From assembly GCA_900291995.1 (NCBI GenBank), contig OLMU01003073.1, positions 62,001-97,466 on the forward strand: a stretch of DNA of 35,466 nucleotides. The letters are read 5' to 3'. The DNA is from Licmophora abbreviata. Its lineage: Eukaryota. Within the stretch, counting starts at the first letter, position 1. Each line of letters begins with the position of its first letter. The position numbers and the translations under genes are program-made. Positions 33,565 through 35,466 of this stretch are shown piece after piece. The notes under the pieces are model-generated. The model saw only the letters and a list, made by a program, of their open reading frames with translations. It had not been told where the DNA came from and ran no database searches.

Positions 33565-33576
33565 TTTGGCGCCAAA
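33565..33576. promoter_or_regulatory. Palindromic E2F-type site TTTGGCGCCAAA upstream of the Eaf1/EP400-like gene (second site TTTCGCGC at 33492-33499)
   Basis: Exact match to the TTTSSCGC consensus on both strands, about 220 nt upstream of the ATG at 33342. Function not shown. Confidence 0.35.
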
Positions 33577-34149
33577 AATGATGGCTGACACTTATGGCGT
33601 GTGTAGATTCTCCTTCCTTTGAATACTGGAGTGACGTTTCTGAATACATATGAAATGAACCTCATTCCCAGCGTGAAGTGTGTGTTTTGTGTTAATGGGC
33701 AACATTTTTTCATGGACTATCGCACGCTGCGAAAACGTATGCATTCGAAATGGCCTGATGGAAATTGCGCCAAGTCAAACAAGGTGACTCAACTCTCTGC
33801 GACACACCATGCTTCGCGCCTTTCCGACATCTGAGAGGATACGACTGTAGCGATCAACCCGACAACCATAGATACGAGCATAGTTAAGCCTTTGAAGAAA
33901 ATGGACGAAGCCTTATTGCCCGCGCCGACCGTGCACCAACTTAATCAAGACCGCCGGCGATACTTCATTGCCCGCCGCCTTCCGGAAGGGACTCGGGCGG
34001 TCATGTATGACATCGTGTTCTAATCTGTGTATCAGATGCTATTCAGTCGCTGGGTGATAACCTCAAGCTGGACAAGTCCGCGGAATGTTGGGTCAATGTC
34101 GACAGTCCTTACGGAAACTGCCCGTGCGCATGCTCGGGTTCGCAAGGTC

Positions 34150-34404
34150 ATGGATTCCGCTTCGGAAAGCTATTACAGCTCTAACATGGAGCCCCAGGAT
34201 ATGAGCACGTTCATTGGTTTGATAATGGTCGCGGTGATCGTTGGGGGCGTCGTGCTGGTACGGGCATGGACGGAGCGCAAGGCCAGGCGTGTTGCAGAAA
34301 AGGAGTCTACCCAGAGTTCTTCGCAGCTCGGTTGCTTGTCAACAGACACCGCGATGCCGTCCCACCACTGTATGCGACGACGGACTAGTTCTGCTGAGGC
34401 GTAA
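34150..34404 (+). CDS. Small single-pass membrane hypothetical protein (about 84 aa; start uncertain)
   Basis: Clear TM segment FIGLIMVAVIVGGVVLV followed by basic RAWTERKARR (positive-inside rule). No family recognised. Confidence 0.45.
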   Translation: MDSASESYYSSNMEPQDMSTFIGLIMVAVIVGGVVLVRAWTERKARRVAEKESTQSSSQLGCLSTDTAMPSHHCMRRRTSSAEA

Positions 34405-34554
34405 TGCCGATTCATGCTTAGCTACAGTGTACTGTAATCAAACGATCATATTCCCACACTACTAGAGATAGTAAACTTTTATGAACATGCGACAAACTCA
34501 CAGCCGACCCGACGTTACAAAAAAGGGCGGCCGATCAAAAGCTCCAATCTCATA

Positions 34555-35464
34555 CTACAAGGCCGTCAACTCCCCGAGCTGCAACTCTTGCAAGTCGAGT
34601 AGCGATGATAGTTCTTCGGAAGTCAGGGCCTCCAGAGCGTCGAAGCCACTACTTGCAAGGCGCTGGTGGTGACCGGGTGACTCGTTCAAGAATGGATTGG
34701 TCACTCCACCAATACCGACCGCTTCGCTGGCCATCTTAGTCACGGAATCCATCCACCGCTGCATCTCATCCCCGTTATGACGCAATGCGGGGCGATTGCG
34801 GAACAGTTGTAGCCACCTACGCTCTTCCGTAGTCAACTTCGAGGGGTCCGTGGTGATCACCTCGGTATCGTTCCAGGCGGCCGCAGCCAGCTCTGGTAGA
34901 CTTTGCGACTGGTGGATAGAATCCGAGTCTGGAGTTGTCATTCGCCCTGCTTCGGGAGGCGTTGCGATGCCTGCAGACTGTCCAGATGTATCCAAGCGTT
35001 GTCGTTTGCTTGCACCGGGTGTAGTAGCTCTACCCTTCCCTTCGACAACTTCTTTTGGGGCGTAGACATAGTCAAATGATTCGGAACTTGTCTGCGCTAG
35101 TCTCCCATGGGAATGTCTTTTGTTGAAATTGCGTTTCGATACCGGGCCCTTTTAAAGTGACGATTCATAAAGAAGAAAGGACGTGAGGCGGTCAGCAAGG
35201 AGTCAAGAATAGAAGCTGGAGACATGCACCGATGCAACGTACCTCGCATACCGAGCAGTAGCGGAACCGACGTCCACTCTTGACGCAGAGAGGATGACTA
35301 CAAGCGAGCAGCATTCCATGCAGAGCATCTGGGGGGATTTCAATATAAGCGTTTTGTGCATCATGAGTGTCTGTAAGGCCACGAGCCTTGCAAGGGACTC
35401 GCGCCACCGTCGCAGCCTGCCTTCGAGGAAAGAGGCTGGTCAGTTGTCGGAAGTAAGGCGTCAT
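34555..35464 (-). CDS. Hypothetical protein with Cys/His-rich putative zinc-binding domain; exons 35464-35243 and 35148-34555; may extend beyond the window edge
   Basis: A GTACGT...AAG intron at 35149-35242 joins PCKARG...HGMLLACSHPLCVKSGRRFRYCSVCE|GPVSKRNFNKRHSHG in frame with the 34555-34995 ORF. Confidence 0.7.
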
Positions 35465-35466
35465 AT

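Overview
Gene-dense eukaryotic nuclear DNA, most likely from a diatom. This is inferred from short 78-116 nt GT-AG introns, compact intergenics, bipartite plastid-type presequences and diatom-typical PPR, kinase and sulfotransferase-like families. About 17 protein-coding genes can be supported: class II CPD photolyase, DHRS1-like SDR, Cwc24/RNF113, a PPR protein, two sulfotransferase-like type II membrane proteins, a Cys-rich putatively GPI-anchored protein, a protein kinase, mitoribosomal mL43, a syntaxin-7-like Qa-SNARE, a Bud22-like protein, a TIGR04283-like GT2, an atypical mitochondrial-carrier-family protein, eEF2, a 2354-aa Eaf1/EP400-like protein, a small TM protein and a Cys/His-domain protein at the right edge. 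No tRNA, rRNA, CRISPR array or transposon was recognised. The most notable observations are: (1) a 381-nt eEF2 first intron packed with hairpins that can pair in alternative ways; (2) an HSA+SANT chromatin scaffold with a decayed SNF2 ATPase; (3) a syntaxin ending in a CaaX box instead of a TM helix; (4) a GT2 of the family linked to arsenosugar synthesis in bacteria; (5) a signal-peptide-bearing carrier with broken signature motifs. All calls come from manual motif reading; no database searches were run.
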